DNA of 64,000 bases from Eledone cirrhosa (taxonomy: Eukaryota), in contig OZ024757.1 in assembly GCA_964016885.1 (NCBI GenBank), forward strand, positions 19,964,001 to 20,028,000, in the 5' to 3' direction. Below the pieces are notes generated by a model. The model was given only the letters and a program-made list of their open reading frames with translations. It did no database searches and was not told where the DNA came from. The stretch's first letter is position 1. Each line of letters opens with the position of its first letter. Position numbers and translations under genes: made by a program. Below are positions 24,601 to 39,084 of the stretch, one piece after another.

Positions 24601-24869
24601 AAAGCTTAACTCTTTTTTAAAAGTTACTATCTTACTAATAAAATAATTTTAGTAAATGCCTCAAAATTCTTCATTAATTAAGATAGAGTGTATTTAATTA
24701 GAAATGCAGTCATGAAAGGGTTAAACCTTCCGCAATATACTCTGTCTTGAAAATACTAATTGTGTTGTTGTTAACTTACCTAATTATTAAAACCAACTAA
24801 TTAACCATTATAACAACTGATTACTCATTGAGTAATTAATTGATACTGTAAGGTAAATAATCTCTTCCT

Positions 24870-24975
24870 GGTGGTAGTAGTGGTAGTGGTAGTAGTAGTA
24901 GTGGTAGTAGTGGTGGTAGTAATGGTAGTGGTGGTGGTAGTGGTAGTAGTAGTGGTGGTGGTGGTGGTGGTGGTG

Positions 24976-25016
<41 letters not shown>

Positions 25017-25053
25017 GGTGGTGGTGGTGGTGGTGGTGGTGGTGGTGGTGGTG

Positions 25054-25099
<46 letters not shown>

Positions 25100-25165
25100 C
25101 AGTAGTGGTGGTGGTGGTGTAGTAGTGGTAATAATATAGTATTAGTAGGAGTAGTAGTAGTAGTA
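24870..25165. repeat. (GTG)/(GTA) trinucleotide microsatellite
   Basis: Seen directly. Confidence 0.9.
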
Positions 25166-25184
25166 TCTGCCCACCCACACTTTG

Positions 25185-25990
25185 ATCAGAAAGAAGTGAG
25201 AGAATTCTGGCCGGATACAGCCAGTTTGAACAGAAAGAGGTGTGAGAAGTCTGGCCGGATACAGCCAGTTTGAACAGAAAGAGGTGAGAGAATTCTGGCC
25301 AGTTAAGGCTGGTTTGAACAGAAAGAGGTGAGAGAATTCTGGCCAGTTAAGGCTGGTTTGAACAGAAAGAGGTGAGAGAATTCTGGCCGGTTACAGCCAG
25401 TTTGAACAGAAAGAGGTGAGAGAATTCTGGCCAGTTAAGGCTGGTTTGAACAGAAAGAGGTGAGAGAATTCTGGCCGGTTACAGCCAGTTTGAACAGAAA
25501 GAGGTGAGAGAATTCTGGCCAGTTACAGCCAGTTTGAAGAGAGAGAGGTGAGAGAATTCTGGCCAGTTACAGCCAGTTTGAAGAGAGAGAGGTGAGAGAA
25601 TTCTGGCCAGTTACAACCAGTTTGAACAGAAAGAGGTGAGAGAATTCTGGCCAGTTACAGCCAGTTTGAACAAAAAGAGGTGGGAGAATTCTGGCCAGTT
25701 ACAGCCAGTTTGAACAGAGAGAGGTGAGAGAATTCTGGCCAGTTACAGCCAGTTTGAACAGAAAGAGGTGGGAGAACTCTGGCCAGTTACGGCCAGTATG
25801 AACAGAAAGAGGTGGGAGAACTCTGGCCAGTTACGGCCAGTTTGAACAGAAAGACCTGTGAGAATTCTAGCCAGTTACGGCCAGTTTGAACAGAAAGAGG
25901 TCAGAGAATTCTGGCCAGTTACAGCCGGTTTGAACAGAAAGAGGTGAGAGATCTGGCTGGATACAGCCGGTTTAAATGCTAAAGGGTTAA
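25185..25990. repeat. 44-bp tandem array (about 18 copies) from the subterminal region of the piggyBac-like MITE
   Basis: Unit gaacagaaagaggtgagagaattctggccagttacagccagttt; the array ends in the MITE terminus taaatgctaaagggTTAA. Confidence 0.88.
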
Positions 25991-26156
25991 ACAAATAAAT
26001 GACAATATACAATATACAATGTACAAGATTGTAATATTTGATTAATGAAGTTTATAAGGAAGACTCCACTTTATATTAAGTAGGTAGTGAAGTGTGTGGG
26101 AACTTTCTCCACTTTTGTGTGTGTATGTATATATATATATATATCTGTGTGTGTGT

Positions 26157-27820
26157 CATCATCATCATCATCATCGTTTAACGTCCATATTCCACGCTTG
26201 CATGGGTTTGGACGGGAGTTTTCCCACTTGAGGCAAGATTGGTTGTCTTGCTCGTATAGGACTGTCTGGCGGGTTTTCTACAGCTGGATGCCCTTCCTAA
26301 CACCAACCACATTTACAGTGTGGACTGGGAGGTTTTTACCGTGTTGCCTACACGGCCACATTACAGCGTGGACTGTCTGGCGGGTTTTCTACAGCTGGAT
26401 GCCCTTCCTAACACCAACCACATTTACAGTGTGGACTGGGAGGTTTTTACCGTGTTACCTACACGGCCACATTACAGCGTGGACTGTGTCTTTTTTTGTT
26501 GTGACACCTACACAACCTCATTTGTTTTGGGCTGGATGTTGTGGTACCAACATAACTTTACATTGAAAGGAGCGGTGTGGATGGGGTGGGGTGGTGGGAC
26601 GGGGGTGTATTTTGTTAGAGATGCCTACTGACTGTAGTAGGTTTTACTTTGTATTTAGGTAAGGCGGGTCTTCTCTATTACTGAGTACCGCCAAAGGTCT
26701 CGGTCCAGTGACATTGTCTTGGAGAGGTGTAAGTGTGTGAGGTCGGAATTTATCAAGTCGTCCCAGGTTTTTCTGGGTCTGCCTACTCCGTGGCTACCGT
26801 CAATTTTTATTGCCCTGCACTTTTTTATACAGCTGTCGTCTTTCATGCGCATCACGTGACCATACCAACGTAGCCTTCTCTTGAATAAACAACATCTGAT
26901 CCCTCTTATTTCTAATTTTTCACTTAGTTCGTTTATGCTTTGCCGTTCATGTATATTACTATTACACATCCAGCGGAGCATGCAAGCTTCGTTCCTCTCC
27001 AGTCTGCGTATATCCTCTGCACACAATGCCCAGGTCTCACTGCCATGCAGCATTGCTGTTCGTATGCAGGCATCATACAGCCTGCCTTTCATTTTTAGGG
27101 AGAACCCTTTAGCGGCTAATAGTGGTATAAGCTCTCTGAACTTTTTCCATCCAGTTCTGACTCTAGCTACTGTACTTTCAGAGCACCCTACCCCCACTGC
27201 TAATTTTGACACCCAGGTAACGGAAGCTGTCCACTATTTCTATAGAACCATCTGTGCAATGGAATGAGCTAGTATTCTGTGGGTACTTGCTGCTACTTAT
27301 TGCACCAGAACACCGGCCACATATAAAATCTATGTTCTTAGTTAGGTTACCTGTGATCCCACTACATCTTTTATGCACCCATACTTTGCATTTGGGACAT
27401 AAAATGGAGTTTCTACCTACTCCTTTCCTACACACTGAGCATGGCCATTTCCCGGATGGGACCGGCGCCCTATTTTCCTTCCTACAAACTAGAACTTTAG
27501 TCTTAGACACGTTAATTTTAAGGCCTTTTGATTCTAGGCCATGCTTCCATGTTTTGAATTTCTTCTCTAGTTCGGCCATTGATTCAGCTATGAGCGTTAG
27601 ATCATCTGCGTATAGGAGTTCCCATGGGCAGCCGGTCTTGAACTCCACTGTTATAGCCTGAAGGGCAATAATAAATAGTAGGGGGCTAAGAACGGAGCCC
27701 TGATGAACACCAACTTTTACGCTAAACTCTTCACTATATTCGTTGTTAATTCATTCTAACCTTGCTGACTGTTTCTTTATACATGGCTTGTATAGCTCTC
27801 ACAAGCCATTCATCAACACC
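26157..27820 (-). mobile_element. RTE LINE, sister subfamily, frameshifted, with a duplicated 3'UTR segment
   Basis: ORFs 27178-27648 (LLYADD) and 26655-27212 are homologous to 7614-8543. Confidence 0.9.
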
Positions 27821-28285
27821 TAGTGTGTGTATCAATGTGTGTGTGTGTATCTGTGTGTGGGTGTATGTGTGAGTGTATGTGTGTGTATATATGTGTGTAT
27901 GTGAGTGTATGTGTGTGTGTGGTGTGTGTATATGTGTGTGTATGTGTGTATATGTGTGTGAGTGTATATGTGTGTGTGTATCTATGTGTATGTGTATGTG
28001 TGTGAGTGTGTATGTGTGTGAGTGTATATGTGTGTGTGAATATATGTGTGTGTGAATATATGTGTGTATTAATATGCATATATGTATGAATGTATAAATG
28101 CATGCATACATACATACATGCATATAGGCATGCATGTATGGAATATATGTATGCATACATATATGTATGTATGAATTCATAGATGCATATATGTATACAT
28201 GCAGGTATGTATGCCTATATGTATTTATACATACCTGCCTGTATATATACATACATATATATATATATACACACACACACACATA

Positions 28286-28481
28286 AGACCTGCCAACCTC
28301 GCAAAAATCCAAACGGAGAGTACCATTAAAAAATGTGCCCCCAAAACGGAGAGAAATGAGGCAAAATTGGGGAGATTTTACATAATGAAAGCTATACCCA
28401 TTTTCACAAGAGAAGATATTTCTCACCCATCCGAATGTGGGTGGGAGATCTCCCCGTCGGGTGGTGAGGGTTGACAGATCT
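28286..28481. mobile_element. Short hAT-like non-autonomous element
   Basis: Ends agacctgccaacct / agggttgacagatctg. The interior is one unit of the repeat in 30744-31850. No TSD was seen. Confidence 0.55.
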
Positions 28482-28813
28482 GAATACAAACACGATAAAT
28501 TGATAATTTATTTAATGTAAAAATATATCATGTAAATACAATTTAATAGAAAAAGATAAAACATTTAGATTGAGAAGAAAGAATGGAATGTAAAATAAGA
28601 AACATATAAGTAAAAAAAAAAAAGGCAAAAGAAGGGCTCTTGTGTCTCAGAAGAATGACTAGGGGGGGGGGGGGGTTGAGCTCTGGGCAAGGGCGTGACA
28701 GTAATGGGGATGCGCTCAGCGGACAAGACCGCAAAAGCATTCTCGCGGACAATGGCTAGCGACACCTGCTGCAACCGCCACGCCACTTCGCGGAGCTTTT
28801 TTTCCTCAGACAG

Positions 28814-29003
28814 ATAATTGTTTCTACTTTTGGCACAAGGCCAGCAATTACCCAGTGCATTACTGGTACTTTATTTTATCGACCCCATAAGGATGAAAGG
28901 CAAAGTTAACCTCGGCGGGATTTGAACTCAGAATGGCAAGGGCCGTAACTCTATACGTCAAAGCATGGCGTCCGACCCTCTACCGATACTGCCAATCCAC
29001 CGT
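28814..29003 (-). mobile_element. Full-length SINE with target-site duplication
   Basis: tcctcagacagataat occurs at 28803-28818 and 29003-29018. Confidence 0.85.
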
Positions 29004-29329
29004 CCTCAGACAGATAATGTGGCTGCACTCCACGGACAAGACCGCAAAAGCATTCCCGCGGTCAATAATAGCCAGCGACACCTGCTGCAAACAGCCATTC
29101 CACCTCGCGCAGCTTTTTTTCCCCCTCAGAGGGAGCGCCGACGTTCCGATCTTACGGAATCTTATGGAATTGTTTCGTGCTTGCACTTCTGTACATCCAT
29201 ACATCGTTATCTCGTCCGTGCTGCGATTTAGTTGAGTTGAATAGAAAGAGATGACGTCGTCACTTGAACACAGTCAAGACTTCATTTCTTCCACAACTTA
29301 CTACTACTAACTGTTGCCACTTCTTTTAC

Positions 29330-29923
29330 TGTTCTTTCTCTCTTGCACTATCTCTCTCACCCTCCCCCCTCTCTCTCTCTCGCGCTCGCTCGCTCTCTCT
29401 CTCTCTCCCTCTCTCTCACGCGCTCGCTCTCTCTCTCACTATCGTTCCTGCACGTTTTCTCCCTACATCTCTCTCCTTCTCACGTTCTATATTGCTCTCT
29501 CTCTCTATCTCTCTCATTCTATATTGCTCTCTATCTCTCTCGTTCTATATTGCTCTCTCTCTCTATCTCTCTCATTCTATATTTCTCTCTCTATCTCTCT
29601 CGTTCTATATTGCTTTCTCTCTCTATCTCTCGCCTGCACTTTCCCCCCTTCCATTTCTCTCTCGTTCTATATTGCCCTCATTCTCTCTGTCTCTCCCTTA
29701 GTCTCCCTCCCCCCCCTCTCTCTCGGTCACTGTCTCTACTCTACCTCTCGTTGTCGCTATCTATATATCTCTATCTCGCATTCATTCACTCTCTATATAT
29801 CTATATTTCGCTCTCTTTCTCCTCTCAGTCTCTCTGTTTATCTCACTCACCCACCCTCCCTATCTATCTATCTATCTATCTCCCTCCCTCTCTCTCTGTA
29901 TGTCTCATTGTATTTCTATCTCG

Positions 29924-29969
<46 letters not shown>

Positions 29970-30497
29970 TTCACTCTCTTTCTCCTCAGTCTCTATCTAT
30001 CTATATCTCACTCACCCCCTCTCTCTCCATGTCTCATTGTATCTCCCTCTCTATATATACATATCTCTCTCTCTCTCTCTATGTAGTTTCACCCCCCCCC
30101 CTTTTTATGTATGTCTCTCGTTGTATCTCCCTCTATATATATATCTATCTCTCGCTCTTTATCTAGTCTCACTCTCCCTCTCTCCCTCCCATTTCTCTCT
30201 GTCTGTACCTCTCTCGTTGTATCTCCCTCTCTCTCTCTCTATATATATATATATCGCTCTTTATCTAGTCTCACTCTCCCTCTCACTCTCTGTCTGTACG
30301 TCTCTCCTTTTATCTCCCTCTCTCTATATATCTATCTCTCGCTCTTTATCTAGTCTCCGTCCCTCCCTCCCAATCTCTGTTTGTACGTCTCTCGTTGTAT
30401 CTCCCTCTCCCTCTCTCTCTCTATATATATATATATCGCTCTCTCTTTCTCCTCTCAGTCTCTCTATCTCACTCACGCTCTCTCTCACTCACTCTCA
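29330..30497. repeat. CT-rich low-complexity tract
   Basis: Polypyrimidine (CT)n with recurring ctctcgttgtatctccctct units. Confidence 0.85.
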
Positions 30498-30743
30498 ATC
30501 CCAATATATTCTAATTCTAACACAATATTATAAACACTACACAGCTGCCGAAATTACTAAACACCTTTCTTCTTCTAGCCTTACCATTACCATATTTCTA
30601 ACGAAAGATACTGTTGCTTATTATTTTACAAAACATTTCGAAAATAACCAAGAATTTTTAGACATCTTAGTATCATAACTGTGGCAGCGATGTGTTTATT
30701 TTGCAAGGTTTTTTGATATGAAATCGTGTTTTGAAATAGCTAG

Positions 30744-31850
30744 CAGAGCTGCCAACCTTTAAAAAGCCAAACCATGATAAAAAGGTGCCCCAAAACGGGA
30801 AAAATCAGGCAAAAAATGGAGAGATTTTTCACCAGAGAAGACATCTCTCATCCTCCCAGAAGTATCATGGAAAAATGGCCCCCAAATCGTGAAGAAATGA
30901 GCCCAAAATGGGGAGATTTTACTTAGTGAAAGCTTACCCATTTTCGCAGGAGAAGACATATCTCACCCACCCTAAAGTATCATGAAAAAAAGTGCCCTAA
31001 AACGGGGATAAATAAGCTAAAAATAGGGAGGTTTTACATAATGAAAGTTATACCTATTTTCACAAGGGAAGACAGCTCTCACCTACCCTAAAGTACCATG
31101 AAAAAAGTGCCCCAAAACGGGGAGAAATAAGCCAAAAATAGGGAGATTTTACATAATGAAAGCTATACCTATTTTCACAAGGGAAGACAGCTCTCACCTA
31201 CCCTAAAGTACCATGAAAAAAGTGCCCCAAAACGGGGAGAAATAAGCCAAAAATAGGGAGATTTTACATAATGAAAGCTATACCTATTTTCACAAGAGAA
31301 GGCAGCTCTCATCCACCCCAAAGTACCATGAAAAAAGTGGCCCAAAACGACGAGAAATGGGGAGAAATGAGGCAAAAATAGGGAGATTTTACATAATGAA
31401 AGCTATACCTATTTTCACAAGGGAAGACAGCTCTCACCTACCCTAAAGTACCATGAAAAAAGTGCCCCAAGACGGGGAGAAATAAGCCAAAAATAGGGAG
31501 ATTTTACATAATGAAAGCTATACCTATTTTCACAAGGGAAGACAGCTCTCACCTACCCTAAAGTACCATGAAAAAAGTGCCCCAAAACGGGGAGAAATAA
31601 GCCAAAAATAGGGAGATTTTACATAATGAAAGCTATACCTATTTTCACAAGGGAAGACAGCTCTCATCCACCCCAAAGCACCATGGAAAAAGTGGCCCAA
31701 AACGACGAGAAACGGGGAGAAATGAGGCAAAAAACACGGAGAGATTTTATATAATGAAAGCTATAACCATTTTCACAAGAAAAGATATCCTCACCCACCG
31801 TAAAGTGGGCGGGAGATCTCCCTGTCGGACGGGGAGAGTCGACAGGTCTG
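30744..31850. mobile_element. Longer version of the same element, with about 9 internal 115-125-bp tandem units
   Basis: Ends cagagctgccaacc / gtcgacaggtctg; ttttacataatgaaag recurs at 115-bp spacing. Confidence 0.65.
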
Positions 31851-31859
31851 AGGTAGTCA

Positions 31860-31977
31860 TATTTAGGGAGGGTCATGTTCTAATATTGCCAGAAAAAATA
31901 TAGTTAAACACACCAAACTGAGTGTGTTTTACTATATTTTTCTGACAATTTTAGAACAACATAACCCTCAAAAAATA
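31860..31977. repeat. Imperfect palindrome / small MITE
   Basis: gagggtcatgttctaa..cagaaaaaatatagttaaacac / gtgttttactatatttttctg..ttagaac..ataaccctc. Confidence 0.6.
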
Positions 31978-32515
31978 TAACAGTATTATAACTGACTTTC
32001 TCATCACTAAGTTGGTGTTTGGAACTTAACTCTTTCGTTACTAGATTTCTAATGAATGACACTGCCTAGGATTCTTTAAATAATTCAGAAAATAATGAAG
32101 AATACATACATATATATACAAATACATATGCACACATATATATATACATATATATATAAATAAATACACATATATATACATATATATATACACATATATA
32201 TATAGATATATAAATACACACACATATATATATACATAAATACACACATATATATACATATATAAATACACATATATATATATATACATATATAAATACA
32301 CATATATATATACATATATAAATATACACACATATATATACATATATAAATATACACACATATATATACATATATAAATATACACACATATATACATATA
32401 TAAATATACACACATATATACATATATAAATATACACACATATATATACATATATAAATATACACACATATATACATATATAAATATACACACATATATA
32501 TACATATATAAATAT

Positions 32516-32562
<47 letters not shown>

Positions 32563-32986
32563 TTTTATGAATAAATTTATATATAGATAGATAGATAGAT
32601 ACATATATGCTCATACATATGCACACACACATACATACACACATACATATATACATACATGGTGGCTGCCAACTCATTTTCGAGTACGGCCACTACTTTA
32701 TATTCATGTAGGAGAACCCCTACCGATGCGCTTAACAAGTGTGACTTTTTAGTCCAGCCAGTGACTTGAAAACTCTGGTACAAACACTACACTTGTGATA
32801 ATTACTGACACATAGTGCTGGGCCCATGGTACCATGTGATGACAAGGGCAGAGAGATCTCCAGATAGAAAGCAATGCCTGTGCTGTGAAGCTTTTATAGT
32901 GAGCAAAGGCACTGCACAAAGCCAGTCCCACTCTCTTAACCAAGATGATATTTACCAAATAGAAGAACAAGTCAACATATATAAAT

Positions 32987-33055
<69 letters not shown>

Positions 33056-33222
33056 CACACACATTTTACAAATAAATTTATATATAGATAGATAGATATA
33101 TATATACATATATGGTCATATGCACATACACACATACACCTACACACACAAACATATATATATATATACATACACACATATCTACACACACATCATTTAA
33201 CAGCCGTTTACCCTGCTAGCAA

Positions 33223-33265
<43 letters not shown>

Positions 33266-33694
33266 TAGAAAAATGTATACACATGGAGAGAGAGAGAGAC
33301 TAACTGTCGGTCGGTGCTTAAACAAATAAAAATAACATCAATTTTTACTGCTATGAAGATATTTTGTAAATTTGGGGGTTTTTTCATGATGGAAGCAGTT
33401 TCGGTAATGGCTTGTAGCAGAATATCAGTCATTCTCTTTGTAGAATTAGTGGAAGAAACATTTCAGGGTTTTATTCAAACTTGCCTAATAGAATGTTTGC
33501 TACAGTGAATTCTGGTAGAAGAACTAAAGAGTCAGTTGGTGGTGGTATATTATATATTTATATATATATATATTTATATATATATACATATATATTTATA
33601 TATATATATGCACATGCATACATATATATTTATGTGTGTGTATATATATATATATTTATATATATATATATGCACATGCATACATATATATTTA

Positions 33695-33753
<59 letters not shown>

Positions 33754-33790
33754 ATATATGCACATGCATACATATATATTTATGTGTGTG

Positions 33791-33823
<33 letters not shown>

Positions 33824-34202
33824 GCACATGCATACATATATATTTATGTGTGTATATATATATATATATGCACATGCATACATATATATTTAAGTATATA
33901 TATATATAAATACAAATGCATACATATATACACATATACACACATGCATACATACATATATATATATACACATGCATACATATACATATATACATACACA
34001 TGCATACATACATATATACATACACACATGCATATATACATACACACATGCATATATACATACACACATGCATACACACATATACATACACATATATACA
34101 TACACACATGCATACATATATGCATGCATATATACATACACGCATGCATACATATATACATACATATATACATACACGCATGCATACATACACACATGCA
34201 TA

Positions 34203-34235
<33 letters not shown>

Positions 34236-34236
<1 letters not shown>

Positions 34237-35632
34237 ATGTAGGTGTCACAACAAAAAAACAGACAGTCCACACTGTAATATGGCCGTGTAGGTAACACGG
34301 TAAAAAGTCCACACTGTAAAGTGGTCATGTAGGTGTCACAACAAAAAGCACCCAGTCTACACTGTAAAGTGGTCATGTAGGTGTCACAACAAAAAGCACC
34401 CAGTCTACACTGTAAAGTGGTCATGTAGGTGTCACGACAAAAAGCACCCAGTCTACACTGTAAAGTGGTCATGTAGGTGTCACGACAAAAAGCACCCAGT
34501 CCACTGTAAAGTGATCATGTAGGTGTCACGACAAAAAGCACCCAGTCTACACTGTAAAGTGGTCATGTAGGTGTCACGACAAAAAGCACCCAGTCCACTG
34601 TAAAGTGATCATGTAGGTGTCACGACAAAAAGCACCCAGTCCACTGTAAAGTGATCATGTAGGTGTCACGACAAAAAGCACTCAGTCTACACTGTAAAGT
34701 GGTCATGTAGGTGTCACGACAAAAAGCACCCAGTCCACTGTAAAGTGATCATGTAGGTGTCACGACAAAAAGCACTCAGTCTACACTGTAAAGTGGTCAT
34801 GTAGGTGTCACGACAAAAAGCACCCAGTCTACACTGTAAAGTGGTCATGTAGGTGTCACGACAAAAAGCACCCAGTCTACACTGTAAAGTGGTCATGTAG
34901 GGGTCACGACAAAAAGCACCCAGTCTACACTGTAAAGTGGTCATGTAGGTGTCACGACAAAAAGCACCCAGTCTACACTGTAAAGTGATCATGTAGGTGT
35001 CACAACAAAAAGCACCCAGTCTACACTGTAAAGTGGTCATGTAGGGGTCACGACAAAAAGCACCCAGTCTACACTGTAAAGTGGTCATGTAGGTGTCACG
35101 ACAAAAAGCACCCAGTCCACACTGTAAAGTGGTCATGTAGGTGTCACGACAAAAAGCACCCAGTCCACACTGTAAAGTGGTCATGTAGGTGTCACGACAA
35201 AAAGCACCCAGTCCACACTCTAAAGTGGTCATGTAGGTGTCACGACAAAAAGCACCTAGTCTACACTGTAAAGTGGTCATGTAGGTGTCACGATAAAAAG
35301 CACCCAGTCCACACTGTAAAGTGGTCATGTAGGTGTCACGACAAAAAGCACCTAGTCTACACTGTAAAGTGGTCATGTAGGTATCACGACAAAAAAGCAC
35401 TTGGCCCTCACTGTAAAGTGGTTGTGTAGGAGACACTGTAAAAAGGCTCCCAGTCCACACTGTAAATGTGGTTGGTGTTAGGAAGGGCATCCAGCCATAG
35501 AAAACCTGCCAGATAGTCCTATACGAGCAAGACACGGTCACCTAATCAACCTTGCCTCATGTGGGACAATTCCCGTCTAACCCATGCTAGCGTGGAAGAT
35601 AGATGTTAAACGATGATGATGATGATGATGAT
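34236..35632 (+). repeat. 48-bp tandem array (about 23 copies) running into an RTE-type 3' tail
   Basis: Unit aaagtggtcatgtaggtgtcacgacaaaaagcacccagtctacactgt is homologous to RTE 3'UTR 8600-8680. The native tail is at 35440-35632. Confidence 0.88.
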
Positions 35633-35717
35633 CACACACACAACACATATATGTTAATGAGTAAAATGACAGGAGGCTGAACTAGTAAAATTTCTTCAAA
35701 GATTTATTTCTGCAAAC

Positions 35718-35762
<45 letters not shown>

Positions 35763-35829
35763 TGCATACATACATATATATATATGTACAATATATATAA
35801 TTATACAAGCATACATACATAAGTACGAA

Positions 35830-35860
<31 letters not shown>

Positions 35861-36034
35861 TACATACATATATATGTACAATATATATAATTATACAAGC
35901 ATACATACATAAGTACGATATATATATATATATATAGTACAATATATATGTATATATATATATATATATACATACATACGTGCATGCATAGTTACATATA
36001 TATATGCACACCTATATATTATATCTATACATCC

Positions 36035-36091
<57 letters not shown>

Positions 36092-36188
36092 TACGTACAC
36101 ATGAATACACACACATACACACATGCATGTTTATGTAAATAAGCAAGCAGCATATCACACAATCCACTGAAACACACCCATTATCACA

Positions 36189-36231
<43 letters not shown>

Positions 36232-36979
36232 CATCATACATGCCATATATGTCATGTATGTCTGTGTATGTATGTATATATATATTTGTATAAATGACTG
36301 CTTGTGTTTATGTATGCGTGTGTATGTGCAAGTCTGTGTATATGTATGTATGTGTATGTGCAAGTATGTGTATGTGCAAGTCTGTGCATATGTATGCATG
36401 TCTATGCATGTGTGAATATGTATGTATATGTATGTGTATGCATATGTGCATGCGGGTATATATGTGTGTGTGTGTATGCAGTTAAGTGTGTGTATGTGTC
36501 TGTATGTGTCTGTGTTTATGTGTGTGTATATCTGTGTGCATATGTATGTGTATATGTGTGTGTATGTGTATGTGTGTGTATATGTGTGTATATATGTGTG
36601 TGTGTAAATGTGTGTGTATATATGTGTGCGTAGGTATGTATATATCCGCTTCAGTGTGTGTATATGTGCGTGTGGGTATGTGTATGTGAGAAAGCCTATA
36701 TGTATGTATGCACCTGTGTATATATGTGTATGAATGTGTAAGTGTGTCTATATGCGTGAATGGGTGTATATGTGTGTATGCCTGTATGTATATGTGTGTT
36801 TATATGCGTGAATGGATGTATATGTGAGTGCCTATATGTGTATGTATATATACACGAGTGGGTGTATATATATATATTTATATATATCATGTGTTTGTGT
36901 TAACCATATTCTATATTTTCATATCAACATCTGTTTTTATACTAACCTTTTCTTCTACATATTTCTAATAAAATATATA

Positions 36980-38090
36980 AACCCTTCCATGACTGCATTT
37001 CTAATTAAACACACTATTTTAATTAATTAAAGTTTACTAAGGTAGTAAACTAACATATGGTTTTTAACCTTAACCCTTTTGTGACTATATTTCTAATGAA
37101 ATATACTTTATTTTAATTAATTAATAAAGTTTACTAGGTAGACTAACATATGGTTTTTAACCCTTTCATGACCATACTTCTAATGAAATATACTATAGTT
37201 TAATTAATTAATAAAGTTTACTAAGACAGTAACCTAATGAAATATACTTTATTTTAATTAATTAATAAAGTTTACTAAGACAGTAATCTAATGAAATATA
37301 CTTTATTTTAATTAATTAATAAAGTTTACTAGGTAGACTAACATATGGTTTTTAACCCTTTCATGACCATACTTCTAATGAAATATACTATAGTTTAATT
37401 AATTAATAAAGTTTACTAAGACAGTAACCTAATGAAATATACTTTATTTTAATTAATTAATAAAGTTTACTAAGACAGTAATCTAATGAAATATACTTTA
37501 TTTTAATTAATTAATAAAGTTTACTAATATTATTTTATGTACTATACATGCACCTTTGATGAGTTGTAGTGCACCTGAGCACTGTACACAATAATTTCAT
37601 TATTATTATTATAGTAACCTAGGGCGGTGGATTGGCAGTATCGGTAGAGGGTCGGACGCCATGCTTTGTAACAAAGAGTTACGGCCCTTTATGGTCTGAG
37701 TTCAAATCCCGCCGCGCTTAACTTTGTCTTTCATCCTTACGGGGTCAATAAAATAAAATACCAGTAATACACTAGGTAATTGCTGGCCTTGTGCCAAAAG
37801 TAGAAACAATTATTATAGTAACCTAACATATGGTTTTTAACTCTTTCATGGCCATACTTCTAATGAAATATACTATTTTAATTAATTAAAGTTTACTAAG
37901 CAAACTAACATATGGTTTTTAACCCTTTCATGACCATATTTCTAATGAGACATACTCTATTTTAAGCAATTAATTAAGTCTACTAAGTAAACTAACATAT
38001 GGGTCTTAACACTTTCACAACCACATTTCTAATAAAATATTTTAACCCTTCATGATAGCATTTCTAATGAAATACACTATTTTAATAAAA
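36980..38090. repeat. AT-rich array of a second TTAA-CCCTTT (piggyBac-like) terminus
   Basis: Recurring ttaaccctttcatgaccatatttctaatgaaatatac..ttaattaattaataaagtttactaag. Confidence 0.65.
37621..37812 (+). mobile_element. Full-length SINE with target-site duplication
   Basis: attattatagtaaccta flanks both ends. Confidence 0.85.
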
Positions 38091-38659
38091 TGTTGTTTGC
38101 TTGAAACATTGTATGTGATTTATGTGGAAAGAGGTAGAAGACTAAACAATGCAAAATGGACTGTAAGATGAGGTAACAGAAAAGTTACCTGGTAATCTTT
38201 CTTTTGTATTGTTTTTTGTTACTGTTCTTTCTTCTGTCCTAATATTTTGGACCTAAAATTCTCTTCTTCAGAGTTTAAGGATCTTTCAGAGAATAATGTT
38301 CCAGTTTTAAGAAGTTTACTAAAATAGTAGCCTAACATATGCTTCTTAACCTTAACCCTTTCACGACCATATTTCTAATGAAATACATAATAATTGTTTC
38401 TAATTTAGGCACAAGGCCAGCAATTACCCAGAGCATTACTGGTACTTTATTTTATCGACCCCGTAAGGATGAAAGGCAAAGTTAACCTCAGCGGGATTTG
38501 AACTCAGTTGTTAACTGTTGGGACACTGCATCCTTCAAAATTTCCATGAAAGTTATTATGTACAGCGCTCAGGTGCACTACAACTCATCAAATATGCATG
38601 TATAGTACCTAGAATACTGTAGAAATGTCAGGAAAGTGAACAGTGTAACAGTCATGATA

Positions 38660-39075
38660 TAATGAAAATTTTTGTGTACAGTGCTCAGGTGCACTACAGC
38701 TCATCAAAGATGCATGTATAGTACCTAGAATAATGTACACATATCATGAAAGTGAACAGTGTATGAGTCATGATATACACACACACACAGACATGCTTGT
38801 GTATGGAGAAGGAATATCAGGTGTAGTGTTGGCGAATTTTAGGAAGCATGGAAATTTTGAAGGATGCAGTGTCCCAACAGCTAACAACTGATACAGGTAG
38901 TTTGTCCCATGCTTCAGCATCTCTGAACTTGAAAAGATTTTTCCGAAAGTAATGGGAGCTGTGCTATTTTCTGACTCTGTAGGCATGTCCACAGGTGTTA
39001 GACACATGGAATTCAAAAAGGTACTCAGGATTGTTGGCAAGATGGTTAATCATTTTCTGAGTATCTACCAAGTCA
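38660..39075 (-). mobile_element. 3' end of a CR1-group LINE (3'UTR copies also at 37535-37610, 38550-38660, 59995-60200)
   Basis: SNTCGHAYRVRK*HSSHYFRKNLFKFRDAEAWDKLPVSVVS matches the CR1 ORF2 end (TRGH...FFxxRVxxxWNxLP). Confidence 0.75.
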
Positions 39076-39084
39076 GTTGCCAGA

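Noticed and set aside
38110-38150. VCDLCGKR zinc-finger-like peptide
   Set aside because: There is an immediate stop codon and no His pair.
38768-39040. Protein-like 90-aa ORF
   Set aside because: It is an alternative frame of the CR1 ORF2 3' end.
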